Part shown: in pieces, positions 11,589 through 22,691 of the stretch | How positions within the stretch are numbered: the stretch's first letter is position 1 | How the letters are laid out: every line of letters starts with the position of its first letter | Assembly (NCBI GenBank): GCA_040222015.1 | Contig: JAVJWO010000211.1 | Coordinates: 1-64,000, forward strand | From: Coleofasciculus chthonoplastes F2-STO-03 | GTDB lineage: Bacteria > Cyanobacteriota > Cyanobacteriia > Cyanobacteriales > Coleofasciculaceae | Reading direction: 5' to 3' | Length of the DNA stretch: 64,000 nucleotides | Notes under the pieces: model-generated | The model's database searches: none | Told to the model about the DNA's origin: nothing | The model's input: the letters and a program-made list of their open reading frames with translations, nothing else | Made by a program: the position numbers and the translations under genes

Positions 11589-11727
11589 GAAACTAATTGT
11601 CCGGACGGATCGTCATTCACCCTGAAAAGGCTCCATAAACCAGTGACTAGGAGAACATTTCTTCGCTAAACTTTATCTAATGAATTGGTAGGAAAATTTT
11701 AGGAACATCTGGAATTCTAAACGGTCT
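11589..11727 (+). promoter_or_regulatory. Two ECF-type promoter candidates upstream of the SLH gene (GAAACT-N16-CGTC at 11589; GGAAC-N17-GTC at 11702)
   Basis: Match to the ECF/SigG-type consensus with correct spacing. Confidence 0.5.
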
Positions 11728-11771
11728 AGTAACTTAACAAACAAAACGATTCATGTTGGAGAACGCCTTTA

Positions 11772-13016
11772 ATGTCTAACTTTCATACCTGGCAATCTGG
11801 AACCGCTGCATTTTTAGCCGTTGGATTAACGGCTGGTGCGATCGCTCCCTTCGTTACAGGTGCATCAGCGCTTGCCCAAAGCACAAGTTTCTCAGATGTT
11901 TCTTCTAGCTACTGGGCGGAAGATTTTATTACAGAATTAGCCCAACGGGATATTATTGCCGGTTTTCCGGATGGTACATTTCGACCGGATGCTCCCGTAA
12001 CTCGCGCCCAGTTTGCGGCGATGATGCGTAAGGCAAATCAGGCTTTTAATAAAGCCGAGCAACGGGGTTCAACAAATTTTGTTGATGTCCCTTCAAGATA
12101 CTGGGCGTATTCTGCAATTCAAGATGCTTATAAAACGGGATTCTTAACGGGTTATCCGGGTAATGTTTTTAGACCTGAACAAAATATTCCTCGTGAACAA
12201 GTCTTAGTTTCATTGGCAAATGGCTTGGATTATTCAGCGAATTCAACCAGTGTTTTAAATTACTACAATGATGCCTCTCGCATTTCCAGTTGGGCGCGGA
12301 CACCAATAGCTGCTGCCACAGAGGAACGCTTGGTGGTAAATTATCCTAACGTTAAATCGTTAAATCCCCAGCGGAATGCTAGTCGTGCTGAAGTCGCTGC
12401 ATTTATTTACCAAGCTTTGGTGAGTGAAGGAGAAGCACAAGTTGTCAGTTCGCAGTACATTGCTGATCCGACGCCTGTTGCTCAAACTTTCACGATTCCT
12501 GCGGGTACAACTATCCCAGTTAAATATATCCGAGAGAAAATTCTGATCGCTGAAGAAGACGAAGAATTACCCTTAACGTTAACGGTTGATGCGAATATCA
12601 CCACCTCGGATGGCAAAGTATTGATTCCTGCGGGTAGTGAGGTTGTGGGTACGTTGCGTTCTACGGATGGGGGCGCTCAATTTATCGCCGAGAAACTGGT
12701 GATGAATGGTCAGCAGATGACTCTTAATGCTTCGTCTGAAGTAGTTACCACAACGGAAACAATCAGTCAAGGTAGCAGTGTCGGAAATCTGGTCAAGAAT
12801 GCTGCACTCGGTACAGCGGCGGCGGCGGCGATTTCAGCGGTAACCGGAGATCGGGCGATCGCGACGGAAGAACTGTTGATTGGTACAGGCTCTGGTGTAG
12901 CATTGAGCTTAATCCAACGCTTCCTCGGTCGCAACAGTGTGGATCTGATTGTGATTGAACCGGATACCGATTTGGATCTCAAACTTGATGATAACTTAGT
13001 CATCAGCGCCAACTAG
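11772..13016 (+). CDS. S-layer homology domain protein
   Basis: Signal peptide, three SLH repeats (FSDV..YWA, GFPDGTFRP..TRAQ). Confidence 0.9.
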   Translation: MSNFHTWQSGTAAFLAVGLTAGAIAPFVTGASALAQSTSFSDVSSSYWAEDFITELAQRDIIAGFPDGTFRPDAPVTRAQFAAMMRKANQAFNKAEQRGSTNFVDVPSRYWAYSAIQDAYKTGFLTGYPGNVFRPEQNIPREQVLVSLANGLDYSANSTSVLNYYNDASRISSWARTPIAAATEERLVVNYPNVKSLNPQRNASRAEVAAFIYQALVSEGEAQVVSSQYIADPTPVAQTFTIPAGTTIPVKYIREKILIAEEDEELPLTLTVDANITTSDGKVLIPAGSEVVGTLRSTDGGAQFIAEKLVMNGQQMTLNASSEVVTTTETISQGSSVGNLVKNAALGTAAAAAISAVTGDRAIATEELLIGTGSGVALSLIQRFLGRNSVDLIVIEPDTDLDLKLDDNLVISAN

Positions 13017-13027
13017 ATCACCATAGT

Positions 13028-13056
13028 GTAGAGACGTAGCATGCTACGTCTCTACA
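13028..13056. repeat. REP-like palindromes (GTAGAGACG..CGTCTCTAC and GTAGGG..CCCTAC types), also near 1351, 14705, 15901, 22367, 29697, 52097, 56797, 57141, 58968, 60440
   Basis: Recurrent short GTAG-anchored palindromes in intergenic regions. Confidence 0.85.
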
Positions 13057-13106
13057 CGTTAACGATGTGTGGCAAACAGATAGGTGTTTTCGGTGTTTTT
13101 TTTACT

Positions 13107-14537
13107 TCATGATTGATTGATTGGTAACCAAACCACAAACGTTGTTCCCTGGGTTGACTCCTCCCCAGAACGGCGAATCGCTACGTCTAACTGGGGTTGA
13201 GTCCACTGGGATTGAGCTGGACTAAATACCTCGATTTGACCCTGCATTTGTTCAATCAGTGTTTTGGCGATCGCTAACCCTAAACCACTTCCCGGAATCC
13301 CTGTGTTGGCTTGTATTCCCCGATAACGCCGCTCAAATAAATGCTCTATATCGTGGGGCGGAATCCCAACTCCGGTGTCAGTAATCGCAATTCCCACCAT
13401 TGTTCTCGTCTCATCTTTGGGTTGACCCACACCCGCTTCCACATCAATTTGCCCCCCGGCGGGCGTGTATTTTAAGGCATTGTCAATTAAATTATTTAAG
13501 ACCTCTCGTAACGCCCTAGCGTTTGCCCGCACAGGGGGTAAGTCTTGGGGAATCGAGTAGCGTAACTCTAAATCCCGTTCCCCCGCGATCGCTTGGGCGG
13601 AAATGACCAGGGGTTCTAATACTTCGGTGATAGTCAATGACTCGACAATTAGGGTTTTACCCGGAAGCAAAGGAATGGCTGGTGCGTCTGTCTCTGGTTC
13701 TGAGTTAACCGGAGAAACAATTTTCCCAGTCTCGTCTGATTCGGGAAGTGGACAAGTTGCGGCGCTAGCTGATGCGGGTAAGGTGAGGGGTTCACTGGTT
13801 TGTGCATTTTTATCTAAGCACTCGTCAAAGTCTTGTAACAGTTCCTTCAAGCGATCGCTCTCCCGCACAATACTACCTGCAACGTTATGATTTTTATCAT
13901 CGGGTTGCAGTCGATTGAGTAGCAGTTTGCCAAAGGTACGCAATGCGGTTAAGGGATTGCGAAATTGATGCAGAATATCATCAAGCCGATCCCGTTGCTG
14001 TGCCTGTAGACGGCGTTGCTGAGTCCATTCCTGCTCAAACCAAGCCCGACGCCGATCCATTAAGTAGGCAAGTGTCAATGTTCCAGCGATGCGTTCAATC
14101 GCTGTCTGTTCTTTTTCATTCCACGGTCGATCATCGCGACTTGTGACTAATAATCCCATAACTACTTCTTCGTGGATGAGAGGCAAAACCATTTGCCGTC
14201 CTTGAGATAAGGTATAGTCATCCCGAGAGAGTGAGGTGGAATCGGGGACATGGTGATCGTCAGCAGGTTGAGGTAAAAGGCGAGGTACAGCTTCAGCAAG
14301 GCGGGGAATCGTGTCCGGCGGACTCATGCGATCGGGCAATGTTAACTCCGTATCCTCCTCTTCCCATATTGCCGCTTCTGGATAGACTACTACCGGAATC
14401 AGCTTAGGTTGCGCTGCCTCGTCGAGCTTATCCGTTGTTAAATATACCGCACTCAACGCCGCGCCTAGACTTTGAGTGAGGATTCCAACCTGTGATTGAC
14501 ACAAGGCGACAAATTCTGAACTAGCAGGAATGAACAT
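13107..14537 (-). CDS. GAF sensor histidine kinase, Hik2-like
   Basis: SSEFVALCQSQ N-terminus, LHQFRNPLT H-box, N/G boxes. Confidence 0.85.
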   Translation of the reverse strand: MFIPASSEFVALCQSQVGILTQSLGAALSAVYLTTDKLDEAAQPKLIPVVVYPEAAIWEEEDTELTLPDRMSPPDTIPRLAEAVPRLLPQPADDHHVPDSTSLSRDDYTLSQGRQMVLPLIHEEVVMGLLVTSRDDRPWNEKEQTAIERIAGTLTLAYLMDRRRAWFEQEWTQQRRLQAQQRDRLDDILHQFRNPLTALRTFGKLLLNRLQPDDKNHNVAGSIVRESDRLKELLQDFDECLDKNAQTSEPLTLPASASAATCPLPESDETGKIVSPVNSEPETDAPAIPLLPGKTLIVESLTITEVLEPLVISAQAIAGERDLELRYSIPQDLPPVRANARALREVLNNLIDNALKYTPAGGQIDVEAGVGQPKDETRTMVGIAITDTGVGIPPHDIEHLFERRYRGIQANTGIPGSGLGLAIAKTLIEQMQGQIEVFSPAQSQWTQPQLDVAIRRSGEESTQGTTFVVWLPINQS

Positions 14538-14976
14538 GAGAATTGCGTGATCACCACCAGAGGGCTTTTACGACAGAACCCAATAGAGGTTCCTTTTCTA
14601 TAATGTCGAACAATTGATACGACTGACTATTACCCAAAAGGTGTAGGATGACAGTCATTCGTCCTTTGTTCTTGATTATCTCCCCCATCTTCCTCATCTC
14701 CCCGACGTAGCATGCTACGTCTCTACACTGCTCCCCCGTCTTCCCCTGCCCCCTCCGGCGGATTTTTGTGAACTTTTTTAACGAAAAATTAATTTTTTTA
14801 GTAGTTATTTTTAAAGGCTCATCGCTCAAAGCCTCTTTAAAACTTAGCATTGAGGCATTTTAGGTAGATCTATCAAACCATAAAAAGATATTGATATTTC
14901 AGATTCAAGCAGATATACTTACGACGGCTTTTGTAACTAACATTACAACTGTCGGCAAAAAGAGGAGGTAAAGAGG

Positions 14977-15294
14977 TTGGCAAGAAGACGTAAGCGCAAG
15001 AGTCGCCGCCGCCAAGAGGGGCGCAAGATCCTAGAACATGTGCCTCAGTATAATCTAGAAAGCGGTGAAGATAAACCGGTTACAGCAGCACGTAAATATA
15101 TTCAATCAGCCGGGATTATTCCGCCCGCTTTGCTACTCGTTAAGCGAAATGAGCATACGACAGACCGTTATTTCTGGGCAGAAAAAGGTTTATTTGGCGC
15201 TCAATATGTTGAGGAAAATCATTTTCTGTTTCCCAGTCTGCGGGTGCTTGATACTCCTGTCGAAAAGGCTGTAGTTGCGGCTCAAAGTCGCTGA
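14977..15294 (+). CDS. DUF3155-like conserved cyanobacterial protein
   Basis: ARRRKRKSRRRQEGR N-terminus, strong RBS, downstream hairpin. Confidence 0.8.
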   Translation: MARRRKRKSRRRQEGRKILEHVPQYNLESGEDKPVTAARKYIQSAGIIPPALLLVKRNEHTTDRYFWAEKGLFGAQYVEENHFLFPSLRVLDTPVEKAVVAAQSR

Positions 15295-15607
15295 CAGAGC
15301 CAAATCTTACGAATTGACCAGTGCTTTGACACTTGTCAAGAGGCAATTCATTTCATTCCTGCTAGGGGGGTGAGATGAATTGCCTAATTTTTTATGAAGG
15401 CAGTGGTTCGACAGGCTCACCAACCAGGCAGAAGGGAAGGAGAAAGGTTGCAAAGTAGAAGAAAATGATAACTGTTGAGTATGCTTGTTGGGTCAAACGT
15501 ATCAGGAATACGTTTCTCAACCTGATCGGTTTATTAGCATTTATCTTTCGCTTCAGAATCCCCAGTGTCATGGAGACGAGTGATTTTATCATAAGGTTGG
15601 GCGACTG

Positions 15608-15812
15608 TTGTGGAATCATCCCCAAGTGCAGCGTCAACCGGGGTTAATGGAAGCGCTGAGAGTTCCACAGTTCAACCGCTTGGCATTTAGTAGCGCCATG
15701 GGACATTGGAAACGACAAGGCGTGTTAGCGGTACTCTGTTTGGATGACTTTGAAGTGCTAATCCGCCATTATCGGGACTTTGATGATGGATTCTTTGATA
15801 ACCTGCGATCGC
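15608..15812 (+). pseudogene. AAA ATPase fragment
   Basis: Walker-B-like VLCLDDFE..FFDNLRSL segment without the rest of the domain; breaks at a HIP1 site. Confidence 0.45.
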
Positions 15813-15969
15813 TTTGGAGTTATTTTAGGTGTTTGCTTGCTATTGAGTTTCTTTTTTTAGACATTAGGTAATGCTTTGTCTAAAACGGGATGCTCCCATT
15901 GTAGAGACGTTGCATGCAACGTCTCTACTAGGCGGATATATCCTAACCGCTATATTGCCCCAGCATGAT

Positions 15970-16350
15970 TTACCAATGCCAAATTTGATCGTAATTACCA
16001 AATAATCCTGGCAAATCCTGACAAGCAACTTGAGTCACACCGTTAATCATTTTCCCTTCCGGAATCCCACGAGATTTGACATCATCTGCCACAATATAAA
16101 CCGTAATTCCCTTCTCTATTGCCCGCTGCAAATCTTGATCCAGTTTAGGCGGCTGGGTTTGTTGCTTATCCCCAAACACCAATCCAGAGGCATCCTGTCC
16201 ACTTACAGCATAATTCACCGCATTCCCTCTCAGCAAAATATCTAAATCCGCACCAGCGCCTTTCATCGCTTGAGAAATCCACACCGATGGATCATCTTGT
16301 TCTTCAATCGTACAGCGATAGGCAGATTCAATGATTTGTAGCGCTTTCAT
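15970..16350 (-). CDS. DsrE/DsrF-like protein
   Basis: LLRGNAV, VADDVKSRGI motifs; third gene of a compact operon. Confidence 0.75.
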   Translation of the reverse strand: MKALQIIESAYRCTIEEQDDPSVWISQAMKGAGADLDILLRGNAVNYAVSGQDASGLVFGDKQQTQPPKLDQDLQRAIEKGITVYIVADDVKSRGIPEGKMINGVTQVACQDLPGLFGNYDQIWHW

Positions 16351-16370
16351 CTTAATATCTCCAATCCTTC

Positions 16371-16781
16371 CTATTTCGTCGCAATAATTAACGTTCCATC
16401 CGACTCACTCGCCCATTTCCATAAATCACTGGGCGCACCGCGACGACAGCCAGGAATTGCCTCTTCTACCCCTCGCTCATCTACACAAAGCCCACAATTA
16501 ATCCAATCTAATTGACACCCCTTGGCTTTGGCTTTTTCCTGGAGTGCAGCAATCCAATCTTTCGTTAAGGGATGATCTTCTTCCTCCACACTTCTCCCAT
16601 GAACCGCATTCGCGTGGGGTTTTTGATGAGCAAAGGCTAAAGAAACTGCTCCTTCGTAAGCAAAAATATTCACATTATACCCACGTTCAATTGCCTCATG
16701 AATCATCCGAAACGCCGTGGTTGTCCTTGCTTGTTCAAAAGGACCATCCATAATCGAAAAGGTTAAGGTTTTGGTACTCAT
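16371..16781 (-). CDS. DsrE/TusD-like sulfur relay protein
   Basis: IFAYEGAV and NCGLCVDERG with a Cys at the DsrE active position. Confidence 0.78.
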   Translation of the reverse strand: MSTKTLTFSIMDGPFEQARTTTAFRMIHEAIERGYNVNIFAYEGAVSLAFAHQKPHANAVHGRSVEEEDHPLTKDWIAALQEKAKAKGCQLDWINCGLCVDERGVEEAIPGCRRGAPSDLWKWASESDGTLIIATK

Positions 16782-16811
16782 TTTTTTACTTATCTGCAGT
16801 TACAGCAAAAG

Positions 16812-17129
16812 TTACAGCCAAATCGTTTTTTGTCCTTCTGCCATGGCATCAACCACAGCCGCAATGCTCGCCACTTGCACACCATTGCCCAGTTCTGTCT
16901 CTGAGATACCCCGTTCTCTCAGGGAAAAATCATCTACTAATACATTGACAGCGTTGAGACTTGCTAAACCATTCGCTGCCGCTGCACGAGCCGCTAATAC
17001 GCCATTTTCGACCAGAAACAAGGTGGTTTCATTTCCGGCATTAGCTAAATCTGATGCCAACTGATAATTTTGAGTCACTTGGGTTGAATCAAAGGAACTC
17101 CTTGATTCGATTAAGAAATACTTTGCCAT
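16812..17129 (-). CDS. DsrE/DsrH-like protein
   Basis: LFLVENGV, DDFSLRERGI. Confidence 0.75.
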   Translation of the reverse strand: MAKYFLIESRSSFDSTQVTQNYQLASDLANAGNETTLFLVENGVLAARAAAANGLASLNAVNVLVDDFSLRERGISETELGNGVQVASIAAVVDAMAEGQKTIWL

Positions 17130-17786
17130 TGGGTTTGGCTCTCCAACCGATTAGTCAAATCAAGCACTAATAATGCCAGGACTCCCAACTATAATACAGG
17201 TTTAATTTATTGGCAAGATTGATTTAGATTCACGTTTTTACGCATTTGTCAATATTTTAATTTTAAAAAATGTTTATTTTTTAATCGGTTATGTTCAATT
17301 ATGTTTATTTTTGTGTAGAAGTGGTTATTCGTCATTAGACAGGGAACACCTCGACTTCGCTCGGTGTGTCACAGGGAACAGGATAAGGTAGCGTTATCGG
17401 TGAAACATCCCCTGCACCTCAGCACCTCAGCACCCCTGCACAATTAGATTAGATGGCTAAGACAGCGCCTACTACGAACCGCGCACGTTCCTTGGAATGA
17501 AAAACGGCAAACCGTCCTGATGACAGCGTTTTGAGCCAGAAAAACAACCAAAGAAATCAAAATGACGGGAACATAATCCCTGTCCCCAGTGATCTAAGGT
17601 GTTCAGTGTTCAGGGATAATTCCCGACAATTGATAGAGTTGTCTAGGGACGTAATATGCTACGTCCGTGCATTCTCACCTACAGAGCCGACTTATCGCGC
17701 CGCAATGACCCGCATCATGTTATCTTGCTCAATTAGCGATCGCGCTTTGCTCATGCTCTCTCTCACGATGCCCAGATTGTAAAGAC

Positions 17787-18689
17787 TTGCAGACGATGAA
17801 ACCAATGAATCCTTGGCAGAAGCAGTCCCTAGCCATGCTCACCGTCGGTGTGATGGCGATGGGTAATGTCATGACTCCCAGCATCGCGAGGGCGACAACG
17901 GCGGCTAATTTAACCAAAAGCGCCGACTCGATTGAAATCTTTGTTCCACCTCCGGAACGTCGAACAAGTGGCGTTTGTCCCGATTTTTTGGGACTGTATA
18001 TCGACTCAATCATTAATCGCCCTAATTTAGCGGGGGGCAAATGGGGAATTGTCGTGGAATCCTTATCGAATCCTGCGATTTCCTACAGCCACAACGCCAA
18101 TCAACTGCTCATCCCAGCCTCCAATAACAAACTCTTTACCACCGCCGCCGCTTTACAAAGGCTGGATTCCCAAGCCTTAATTCAATCAAAGTCGTTAGAT
18201 GAATGGGTGACAGTCACCAATCAAAGAAGCAGTAACAGCTATGCGGATAGCCTCCTGCGTTACATTGGTGGACCCTCTGCCGTCAAGCAAACTTTAGCAC
18301 CATTAGGCGTTGACCCGAATAGTTTTCGACAGGTTGATGGCTCAGGTTTATCTCGGCAGAATGCAGCCACGCCGCAAGCATTAATCGCGACATTAAAAGC
18401 GATGATGTATGCCAAGGGGAATGATTTATTTTATCGTTCTTTACCCGTTGCCGGGGTAAATGGGACACTGAGAAATCGCTTACGGTTACCTGAAACTCAA
18501 GGCAAAATTCGGGCGAAAACGGGGACATTACGAGGAGTGAGAAGTCTATCTGGGTATTTAGATCATCCTTATTATGGGAAAATTCTGTTTAGCATTATGG
18601 TGAATCAACCGTCTCAGTCGGGACAGGTTTTAGTGGGGGCGATTGATGAAATTGCCTTGCGCTTGGCTCAGTTAACACCTTGTCAGTAA
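17787..18689 (+). CDS. dacB: D-alanyl-D-alanine carboxypeptidase/endopeptidase (PBP4, S13)
   Basis: PASNNK (SxxK), SSN, DGSGLSR, AKTG motifs; signal peptide. Confidence 0.88.
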   Translation: MQTMKPMNPWQKQSLAMLTVGVMAMGNVMTPSIARATTAANLTKSADSIEIFVPPPERRTSGVCPDFLGLYIDSIINRPNLAGGKWGIVVESLSNPAISYSHNANQLLIPASNNKLFTTAAALQRLDSQALIQSKSLDEWVTVTNQRSSNSYADSLLRYIGGPSAVKQTLAPLGVDPNSFRQVDGSGLSRQNAATPQALIATLKAMMYAKGNDLFYRSLPVAGVNGTLRNRLRLPETQGKIRAKTGTLRGVRSLSGYLDHPYYGKILFSIMVNQPSQSGQVLVGAIDEIALRLAQLTPCQ

Positions 18690-18887
18690 TCTTTGCTGTC
18701 AGTAGTCGGACGAAAATTAAAGTTAACGGTTGAGATTGAGATTAGGAAACAGAGAACGCAGAGGTTAACGCTTCAGTGGCACAGAGGTTTTAGCCCGGTG
18801 TGATATTTTGTGCCAGCAGCTTGTAGGGGCGCAAGGCTTGCCATCAGTGTCAACTTAAGGTGAGAACTAATACAGGGGGAGCGTTTC

Positions 18888-19033
18888 ACCCTCATCCCCT
18901 AACCCCTTCTCCCATCAAGGGAGAAGGGGAATCAGCACGATTAATGATAAAAGATGTAGCGGGCTATGTCGGGAATATAATACCTTTCTTGCTCCCCTCT
19001 CCCAAGCGTGGGAGAGGGGTTGGGGGTGAGGGC
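18888..19033. repeat. GC-rich inverted-repeat MITE-like element; related copy at 42108-42215
   Basis: CCCTCATCCCCTAACCCC..GGGGTTGGGGGTGAGGG inverted ends with internal hairpins. Confidence 0.7.
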
Positions 19034-19093
19034 TGGTATAGTGAAAAAAGTTAGTTAGGCTAGAAACAGCAAAATCTTTCATCCATTAATTTT

Positions 19094-21991
19094 ATGGCAG
19101 GGGAACCGGGAATTAAAGTCGAAAAGCCTGTTTCATTCTGGAAAAAAGAGATAAAAGCCAATCCCAAGGGTTTATTCGCCTCATTGGGTAAAGCCGCCAT
19201 TAACGGCGCGTTTCTGAAATGGGATGACTTCGCGGAGAGTGGTGTTGAGGTTCTCGAAAACCTGGGATTAGAAGCAAAACCGGGAGAAATTGCCGGATTG
19301 CTGATTGTGCGTTCCCTGATGCAAGCGATGCAAGACTTGTTAGACGAAAATAGGGGACTCCTAAATCAGAAACCCGATAATCTGACGCAATTGTACAACC
19401 ACCTCAATGCATCGTTAACCAGTAACGAGTTAATCCTTGACCCCGGCTTTTTCCAGCGTCCTAAAAACTTGCCGATTGTGCAAGAAGCGAAGACGGGGTT
19501 TGCTCAGTGGTTAGAGGCGTATGTGGAGAAAAAGGTTGAAGCTGAAATGATCAGTAGTCGTCTTCCCGCTTACTTTGTTTTTGCCTTAAATGACCAATGG
19601 GTTGAGCGTTCCCAAGATTATATTGCCTTAAAAGAAGTTCTAGATACACCCTTCACTCAAGCCACGAGACGGGAACAGGGATGGCTACGGTATCGCGCAT
19701 GGCTGCAAAAGCGGGTAGATGAACCGATATTTTGGGAAGCGTTTAGTCTAAAACAAGTTTATGTACCATTACGCGCCTATTATGAGCGAGAGGTGGCGGG
19801 ACAATCGGAGCGAAAATTAGAACGAGGGATTATAGAAAGTAAAGACTATGAGAGAGTTATCGTAGATCTCAATAGTGAACTAGAAACCTGGTTACAGAAT
19901 GCTGAAGCGGATGATGCGATTCGCTTAATCAGTGGAGGACCCGGAAGTGGTAAATCTTCCTTTGCTAAAATGTTTGCCGCACAACAAGCGGAAAAGGGAG
20001 AAATTCCAGTTCTGTTTATTCCCCTCCACTTATTTAAATTATCAGATGACTTGGTAAAAGCGGTAGGGGAGTTTGTCCAGATTGAAGGGTTCTTGTCTCA
20101 CAATCCCTTGGACAGAGAAAATGGGGAATCGCGATTACTGATTATCTTTGATGGCTTAGATGAGCTATCGATGCAGGGCAAAATTGCCGAACAAACGGCT
20201 AAAGAGTTTGTCGAAGAAGTCCGGCTAGAAGTTGCCCGCTTTAATAATCATCAAAAAATTCGCTTACAGGTTTTGATTACGGGGCGGGAAGTTGTGGTAC
20301 AGGCGAACCGCAGCAAGTTTCGCCAACCGCGTCAACTGCTGTATATTCTGCCCTATTTTGTGCAGAAAAAAGAAAGAGATCGCCAAAAATATATTGATGA
20401 TCAAAATTTGCTTGAGGAGGATCAACGCCAGCTTTGGTGGCAATCTTATGGTCAGGCAAAAGGCAAGCACTATGATGGTTTACCTCAAGAATTAGACAAG
20501 GATGATTTGGTTGAGATTACAGCACAGCCCTTATTGAATTATTTAGTGGCATTAAGCTGTGAACGGGATAAGCTGCGATTCTCTAAAGATACAAATCTGA
20601 ATGAAATCCATGCTGATTTACTAGATGCTGTTTACGAGCGAGGGTATGAAAAGCATGGTTATCGTTTGACTGAGGGGATTGAAAAATACGAGTTTATCGC
20701 AATTCTTGAAGAAATTGCCCTCGCTTGCTGGCATGGATATGGTAGGACAACCAGTGTAAAAGAAATTGAGAATCATTGCGATAATAGTGGACTTAGGCAG
20801 ATTTTAGATCGCTTTCAAGCCACCTTACAAGAAGATTCAAGAGCCAGTATCACTCGTTTGCTGACTGCTTTTTACTTCCGCGAAAGTGGAGAGGTACGAG
20901 ATAGAGAAAAAACCTTTGAGTTTACCCATAAAAGCTTTGGGGAATATCTAACAGCAAAACGTATTGTTGAGGGAGTTCGGCTTATCCATGAAGATTTAGA
21001 AGAACGTAAGCGTAATTTTCGCAAAGGTTGTGATGAACGAGAGGCATTAATAACTTGGGCGACTCTCTGCGGTTTATCAGCGATGGATGAATACCTGTTT
21101 CAATTCGTCTGTGATGAAATGCGTTTACAGGATTTATCAGAGGTTCGCGATTGGCAAAATACATTATGTCGCTTGATTGAGTTTATGCTGCGTCATGGAA
21201 TGCCGATGGAGGGTTTAAATCCTAGACAGAATTTTCAGGAAGAAATGCGACAGGCGCGAAATGCAGAGGAAGCGTTATTAGCTGTATTAAATGCTTGCGC
21301 GAGGGTGACGAGGGAAATATCAGAGATTAATTGGCTTTTGCCAGGTTCTTTTGCAATATGGATATCAAGATTACAACGCAATAGATTGTTTTTAGAAAAG
21401 GTACTGGCAACAAAATGCCTAAGTTTTTTAAAAATAGACGAATGTTTTCTTTTTCATACACAGCTTTTTGAGGCGAATTTTAATAATACAAGTTTTAAAG
21501 CAGCCGCCCTTTGGGGTGCTAATATTTACGGGATAAATTTCACAAAAGCAACTCTTGAAAAAGCAGATCTTGAAGAAGTTAATCTTCAGCGAGTAAATCT
21601 TAGTGAAGCCAATCTTAAAAGCGCCAGTATGAGCAGAGCTAATCTTCAACAGGTCAATCTTAGTGAAGCCAATCTTAGCAGAGTAAACTTTGAAAATGCG
21701 ACCTTGCGACAAGTAAATCTTAGCAAAGCGAATCTACAAAATGCAAATTTGGATGGTGTAATTCTTTCAGAAGTAAATCTTAATGGAGCCAATCTTAGCA
21801 GAGTAAACTTTGAAAATGCGACCTTGCGAGAAGTAAATCTTAGCGGAGCGAATCTACAAAATGCAAATTTGGATGGTGTAATTCTTTCAGGAGTAAATCT
21901 TAATAGAGCCGATCTTAAAGGAACAATTTTTGAAGGTAAGGATATAAAAAGCTTAACTTTAGATAAAAATGAAGACAGCGATAAATCTTAG
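19094..21991 (+). CDS. NACHT-type NTPase with C-terminal pentapeptide repeats
   Basis: GGPGSGKS Walker A, IIFDGLDE Walker B, FEFTHKSFGEYL, A(N/D)Lxx repeats. Confidence 0.9.
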   Translation: MAGEPGIKVEKPVSFWKKEIKANPKGLFASLGKAAINGAFLKWDDFAESGVEVLENLGLEAKPGEIAGLLIVRSLMQAMQDLLDENRGLLNQKPDNLTQLYNHLNASLTSNELILDPGFFQRPKNLPIVQEAKTGFAQWLEAYVEKKVEAEMISSRLPAYFVFALNDQWVERSQDYIALKEVLDTPFTQATRREQGWLRYRAWLQKRVDEPIFWEAFSLKQVYVPLRAYYEREVAGQSERKLERGIIESKDYERVIVDLNSELETWLQNAEADDAIRLISGGPGSGKSSFAKMFAAQQAEKGEIPVLFIPLHLFKLSDDLVKAVGEFVQIEGFLSHNPLDRENGESRLLIIFDGLDELSMQGKIAEQTAKEFVEEVRLEVARFNNHQKIRLQVLITGREVVVQANRSKFRQPRQLLYILPYFVQKKERDRQKYIDDQNLLEEDQRQLWWQSYGQAKGKHYDGLPQELDKDDLVEITAQPLLNYLVALSCERDKLRFSKDTNLNEIHADLLDAVYERGYEKHGYRLTEGIEKYEFIAILEEIALACWHGYGRTTSVKEIENHCDNSGLRQILDRFQATLQEDSRASITRLLTAFYFRESGEVRDREKTFEFTHKSFGEYLTAKRIVEGVRLIHEDLEERKRNFRKGCDEREALITWATLCGLSAMDEYLFQFVCDEMRLQDLSEVRDWQNTLCRLIEFMLRHGMPMEGLNPRQNFQEEMRQARNAEEALLAVLNACARVTREISEINWLLPGSFAIWISRLQRNRLFLEKVLATKCLSFLKIDECFLFHTQLFEANFNNTSFKAAALWGANIYGINFTKATLEKADLEEVNLQRVNLSEANLKSASMSRANLQQVNLSEANLSRVNFENATLRQVNLSKANLQNANLDGVILSEVNLNGANLSRVNFENATLREVNLSGANLQNANLDGVILSGVNLNRADLKGTIFEGKDIKSLTLDKNEDSDKS

Positions 21992-22419
21992 CCCTGAATA
22001 ACTCACCAATCTGATACTATAGCCACTCCGCCAAACTAATGCGTTTACTCAATAACACCTTGTAAAAGGGCGGGTTTACTAACATCCGGGTGAAAAAAAA
22101 TGATAACAGTAAAACCCGCCCCTACATTGATATCAGAAACTTCCCTCACCGCCAACCCCTCTGCGAACCTCTGCGCTTTCCCTCTGCGTTACTCTGCGTT
22201 AAAAAAAACCACCCTCCCACCTCTCAACCCTAAACCCCAATAATCTCCAGCCAAAACAACCCTAAAAACAAAGCGCGATCGCCAGCCAATTGTATAATCA
22301 ATCTAAATAGCACTAACCTAGCTTTATCATAATAGTTTGGGCTAAAGATTTAATCGCATTAACTTTGTAGGGGCGCAAGGCTTGCGCCCATAAAACCCCT
22401 ATCATCTATTGCTAACTAT

Positions 22420-22674
22420 TCAATCGACGAAAATCTGTCGCCGTAACAGACTCATCATTTCTCCCGAATTACCATAAGGAATCGGTGGACTCCACTCTCG
22501 CACCTCTGCAAACCGTAAGCGATGCAGCGTTTTAATGATACTGTTAATTCCTTTGCGGGAACCGATAACCATCACCTTGATAAATTCTTTTCCTGACACC
22601 GGATCAGTAGAAGCCTGAACAGAAACCTCAGTAGAAGGCAATTGACTGTCATTCGGTAAAAAGTATGCTTGCAT
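22420..22674 (-). CDS. Small conserved hypothetical protein divergent from XRE regulator
   Basis: GAGGTG RBS; TLHRLRFAEVREWSPP motif. Confidence 0.7.
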   Translation of the reverse strand: MQAYFLPNDSQLPSTEVSVQASTDPVSGKEFIKVMVIGSRKGINSIIKTLHRLRFAEVREWSPPIPYGNSGEMMSLLRRQIFVD

Positions 22675-22691
22675 TTGAGTTCACCTCTTTT

